Part shown: positions 27,066 to 32,000 of the stretch, piece by piece
Numbering within the stretch: position 1 is the stretch's first letter
Layout: each line of letters starts with the position of its first letter
Origin: an uncultured archaeon
GTDB lineage: Archaea > Asgardarchaeota > Jordiarchaeia > Jordiarchaeales > Jordiarchaeaceae
Assembly: GCA_964510585.1 (NCBI GenBank)
Contig: CAZECW010000072.1
Span: 1-32,000 of the forward strand
Reading direction: 5' to 3'
Length of the DNA: 32,000 bases
Notes under the pieces: generated by a model
Database searches by the model: none
What the model was told of the DNA's origin: nothing
The model's input: only the letters and a program-made list of their open reading frames with translations
Program-made: the position numbers and the translations under genes

Positions 27066-27403
27066 GAAATACGTTTAAGCCGTTCCAGAGCGTCTAATAT
27101 GCCGGCAATGATTCCGAGCAACTCTTGCAACTTGGAGGGGTCACGCTCATTTTTTATAGCTTCCCCAGTCTCCCTTAATTTTTCATGTAAAATTAGAGAT
27201 ACATCTGATAAAGTGGAGCCTTCAACATTTAGAGGAATTTGCTCGCCTTCTTTAACAATCACTACTTTTTTCTCACAAGCGGGACAGTATATTTCGCCTT
27301 TAATTTTGAACAATGGCGCTCCACACTGAGGACAGCTTTGAGAGAGTAAAGACGCCCCTTTTCTCAACATATTTGCCATCTTTTTGATATTTTCCTCACT
27401 CAA
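27059..27403 (-). CDS. UPF0148 / SSSCA1 (autoantigen p27) family Zn-ribbon protein
   Basis: IKKMANMLRKGASLLSQSCPQCGAPLFK..GEIYCPAC; its stop overlaps the hef stop region (convergent genes). Confidence 0.85.
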   Translation of the reverse strand: MSEENIKKMANMLRKGASLLSQSCPQCGAPLFKIKGEIYCPACEKKVVIVKEGEQIPLNVEGSTLSDVSLILHEKLRETGEAIKNERDPSKLQELLGIIAGILDALERLKRISQ

Positions 27404-28042
27404 AAGAACAGCCCTCCAGATTGTAAGTCAAATAATACAAAGCGACAAACAAAGGGAACTAGTTTTTTTCTTGTTATATTTGCCACCTGCTAGCATTAAA
27501 AACATTCCCTTAGATATTGAAAGCAACATACATGTAAAATTATTGCATCATAAATTTAAGAGAGGGGGGCTAATAGCAGAATATAGAAGAAAACAATATA
27601 GGAGGGACTCAACCGAAAATGCACATTCTCGGACTAATTAAAAATCATGAACTCAAGATGAGGAAAACCAAAAAACCACCCAAAGATGTGCCATACAAGT
27701 TGCCCACCACAAGAAGAAAATGCAAGTCTGGGGGGAGGGTCGCACCCTTGAGGTTTCCAAGCAGGATTACCGCCAGTAACTGAGGGGAGGATTTGAGTTA
27801 GTTAAAATCGATTATCTATAATGGTAGTGGGAATCGGACTCGGAATAAGAGTACTGACGGAAGTCATATTAACAACAGAATCTTCCATTTAACTATGATT
27901 GGGTGGCAAGGTTTAGTGTTCATTTGTTCTTTCTGCTTTGTTGCACAATTTTACTTTTTTTAATAGATTTATTTAATACGCCTAATTTTTTTCAGATTAA
28001 CATTGTGAAATTGCAAAAAATTCATCAAAGTATATAAATAAA

Positions 28043-29125
28043 TTGAAAAAAATAAAATTATGCAACAACGCAGTTCTTTCAGAAAATTTAAATATATTAA
28101 ATCTTACACTTAATAGAACTGAAATGGACTCAAAACGTGAATTGACAAAACCACAAATAATATGTGATAGAATCTACCAACTTAAGCTACCGATTCCTTC
28201 ATCGGAATTCATGTATTTGTTATCATATTTTGTGGAGGGGGAGAGTGAATATTTACTTGTGGATTCGGGTTGGAATTCAACAGTGGGCCTTGATGCTCTC
28301 GAGAAGCAACTTTCAGAGATTAAAGTCGATTTATCAGATATATCTTTAATCTTGGTGACTCATCTCCATCCAGACCATTACGGTTTAGCCCACGAGATCC
28401 GGAAAAAATCCAAGTCAAAAATAGTGATGGGAATTAAAGCAGACGAATTCATAAAACGATTTAAAAGTTTTAAGGACTATTTTGATAAGCTCATAGATTG
28501 GTTGAAGATAAATGGTTATCCAATTAAAGATCTAGGAGACTGGGTAAAAGAGAGCCCAGCGGTGATGAAATCCTTCGAACCGCAAAAGCCAGACATTTTT
28601 ATGAAAGATAATGAGATTTTGGATCTAGGAAATTTTAGTTTTAAAGTTGTTGAAACTCCGGGGCACTCACCAGATCATATTTGCCTCTACGAGCCCCGTA
28701 GTAAGCTCCTTTTTTCGGGCGATCACATTCTACCCACTATAACACCTAACGTTAGCCTCCCAATAAAGGACTTTGGGAATCCACTAAAAGATTACTTGGA
28801 ATCTCTTGAAAAAATTAGAAATTTAGGAGTAGAAAAGGTACTTCCAGCGCATGAGTACGCCTTTAATAACCTTAATAAAAGAGTATCAGATATAGAAAAG
28901 CATCACGAAGTTAGACTTAGGGAGGTTTTAAGAGTTTTAAAAAATCCCAAAACCGCATACCAAATTGCACAAGAGGTAACTTGGTCAACCGGTTCCTGGA
29001 AAAGGCTTCAGAAATGGGAACAGAGAGCCGCCGTCTTTGAGACTTTGGCCCACCTAGAGTATTTAAAGTACGAAGGGAAACTGTTTTCAGTAATAAGAAA
29101 TGAAAATGTTCTTTTTTATAAATAA
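28043..29125 (+). CDS. MBL-fold metallo-hydrolase with C-terminal wHTH (start probably ATG 28124)
   Basis: LLVDSG, THLHPDHYG, TPGHSPDH, LFSGDH, VLPAHE; C-terminal TAYQIAQEVTW...ETLAHLEYL. Confidence 0.9.
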   Translation: MKKIKLCNNAVLSENLNILNLTLNRTEMDSKRELTKPQIICDRIYQLKLPIPSSEFMYLLSYFVEGESEYLLVDSGWNSTVGLDALEKQLSEIKVDLSDISLILVTHLHPDHYGLAHEIRKKSKSKIVMGIKADEFIKRFKSFKDYFDKLIDWLKINGYPIKDLGDWVKESPAVMKSFEPQKPDIFMKDNEILDLGNFSFKVVETPGHSPDHICLYEPRSKLLFSGDHILPTITPNVSLPIKDFGNPLKDYLESLEKIRNLGVEKVLPAHEYAFNNLNKRVSDIEKHHEVRLREVLRVLKNPKTAYQIAQEVTWSTGSWKRLQKWEQRAAVFETLAHLEYLKYEGKLFSVIRNENVLFYK

Positions 29126-29173
29126 TAATATTAATTAATGCATCTATGGTTTAATTTTCTGCTTTTCCTCTGA

Positions 29174-30172
<999 letters not shown>

Positions 30173-30228
30173 TCTCTTTTTATTTTGTTGAAATTCACTA
30201 TTAGCCATTCTCAATACAGACTAAATTT

Positions 30229-32000
30229 TTAACGGTTATCTCTTGATTGGAGTGTTTTATTCCAGAACTCTCTTGTTCTTACGAATTCCTTCTCCGCATC
30301 AATGATTGCTCTGTAAAAATCGCTCTCGGTTTTTAGCTCTTTAGATAGAATGCGATTAGCTGCTAATGGTCCTATACCCCTTCCAGCTAGACAAATTATC
30401 GCCTTTTTTCCATAATTAATTACTAAGTTAGCAGTTTTAATGCCATTTTGAAAAATTTTTTCTTCTTCTTTTGAAAGTTTTGCTCCGTTTTTTCTTAGTT
30501 TTAAAATTTTGCTAAATTCAGAATCTTCGTAGTGTAATACTGCTAACAAACGCGATTTACATTTTGGGCATTGCGGGTATTCAGGTAAAGTTTCCACTGT
30601 TCTCACGGTTTCCCATCCTTCGCACGAAGCCCATACACAAACGAGCTTAACTCTTTTGTTAAGCAAGCGTTCCTTAACCACTGTTAATAACTCAGATAGG
30701 GGAAGGGGTGGAGAAATAATTTCTTTAGCTCCCCACTGTATTGCCATTTCAGTGAGCGGGCTTGGTTTTTCACTTTTTAGGAAGCAAACTTGAATTCCTC
30801 CCTCTTTTATTGCCTTTAGAATACTTTCTGTCTCTTTTATGTCAAGTTTTTCTGTGAGTAGCTCCCTTATAGTTTCTTCTGCAATGGGTGTATTATTAAA
30901 TATAAATGCAAGCTTTCTGGAGTTAATCTGATAGTCTCCACCGTTTTTTTCGATTGTCCCAAATCTTTTTGCCACCTGTGTGAGCCGCCACCGATACAAA
31001 TTGGATCTTTTAAGTGTTATTTTCAATATGTTATCAATTAGCTGTGGTTCTAGCTCCCCTAATACATTAACCACTATTTCTGAGTCTACATTCTTGGGCA
31101 TTTGAAGGAGTATATGGTAGGGTGTGCTCCTCATAGCGACTGAAGTTCCTATTCTCGTAGTTAAAAGATCAGAGATTATCCTTCCTAAGGTTTCATTAAC
31201 TTTACTCCCAAAACATGCATGTATAACTACAAAATCGCCAACACCTTCAATTAGGATTCGGTTATGAACCGGCACCACACCTACAGCGTCTATTTGTTCC
31301 TTAATTTTTTCAACTACAATTCTCATCGATTCTTCATCCATGGGGTAGCCCTCAAATGGATTCTCACCACTAGGATCTCTAATCCATCTACAAATACTAT
31401 CCCTAAGCCTTCCAACTTTTTGGGCTACCTCAAATGAAACAGGTATAAGTTCTCCCTCCCAAGAGGGCACAGCACCGATTATGTTATCGACTTTCTCGAC
31501 ATTTACTCTGCCCTCCTCAATGCTCACTATTCTCCAAGGTTGTCCATGAATTATGAATTTTAATCCCTTTTCCGCTTTTGTAGAAACAAACTCCTCATCA
31601 AGTGTTCCAATACTTCTTTCAGAAGCTAAATCAAAAACCTCGTAATGTTTAACATCAGGTATCATGGAGAGATTTTCATAGTAGTATTTCCATGTTTTAA
31701 CTCTCCTTCGGAGCTTGCCTCCATCAAGGCTAATCAGCCATAGTTCTTTCATCAAATTTGTAACTTTATAAATAGTTTCATAATCAATATTTTGATACAG
31801 CCAAGATCTTCTAAAAATATTATATAGCTCCTCGATTGTTGTTTCCCCTTTATCCAGAAGTACCCCAGCAATCTGATGAGCAAGTACGTCAAGTGCCATA
31901 TTATGCATAACTATGCTTTCTAAATTATCATTAATCGCATCCCTTATTAAAACAGCCGATTCACATATATCGTCTATGTCCATCGAAAGTATAGTTCCTC
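30229..32000 (-). CDS. lhr: Lhr-family ATP-dependent helicase, C-terminal portion (5' part lies beyond the window)
   Basis: The frame is open from ATG 31983 to the window edge. LDVLAHQI, YYYENLSMIPD, IGTLDEEFV, VPSWEGELIPV, IHACFGSKVNETLG, CPKC finger, GRGIGP. Confidence 0.9.
   Translation of the reverse strand, partial: GTILSMDIDDICESAVLIRDAINDNLESIVMHNMALDVLAHQIAGVLLDKGETTIEELYNIFRRSWLYQNIDYETIYKVTNLMKELWLISLDGGKLRRRVKTWKYYYENLSMIPDVKHYEVFDLASERSIGTLDEEFVSTKAEKGLKFIIHGQPWRIVSIEEGRVNVEKVDNIIGAVPSWEGELIPVSFEVAQKVGRLRDSICRWIRDPSGENPFEGYPMDEESMRIVVEKIKEQIDAVGVVPVHNRILIEGVGDFVVIHACFGSKVNETLGRIISDLLTTRIGTSVAMRSTPYHILLQMPKNVDSEIVVNVLGELEPQLIDNILKITLKRSNLYRWRLTQVAKRFGTIEKNGGDYQINSRKLAFIFNNTPIAEETIRELLTEKLDIKETESILKAIKEGGIQVCFLKSEKPSPLTEMAIQWGAKEIISPPLPLSELLTVVKERLLNKRVKLVCVWASCEGWETVRTVETLPEYPQCPKCKSRLLAVLHYEDSEFSKILKLRKNGAKLSKEEEKIFQNGIKTANLVINYGKKAIICLAGRGIGPLAANRILSKELKTESDFYRAIIDAEKEFVRTREFWNKTLQSRDNR

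Noticed and set aside
27384-27641. 85-aa + strand ORF and the following unexplained spacer to 28040
   Set aside because: It overlaps the start and promoter of the divergent UPF0148 gene and has no motif; no repeat or RNA structure could be supported in the spacer.

Overview
Archaeal housekeeping region with AT-rich spacers. It is probably from an Asgard/TACK-type lineage; this is inferred from a DC2/OSTC-like oligosaccharyltransferase subunit, Hef, a TACK-style topoisomerase IA and tRNAs with non-canonical introns. It carries the conserved tfe/DUF2110/trm56/mbf1/pan/taw2/PUA/nac neighbourhood, stand-alone atpD, rpsJ, gcvH and pyrB, and radB-like, carS, topA, hef and lhr (lhr is cut by the window end). 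Features missing from the ORF track are a tRNA-Ser(GCT) with two non-canonical introns, a tRNA-Val(TAC) with a variable-loop intron, a 21-aa eL41 ribosomal protein gene and a decayed IS6-like transposase. The most striking feature is a 279-bp gene-less IS200/IS605 (IS608-type) element at 9633-9911 that keeps both end hairpins and what looks like an intact TnpB omega-RNA scaffold. It inserted inside the last codon of the essential rpsJ gene. Its right end (TCAA, read TTGA on the gene strand) replaces the TTAC target (read GTAA), so ...CTG TAA became ...CTT TGA and the protein is unchanged. Family assignments are by motif recognition only; no database searches were run.
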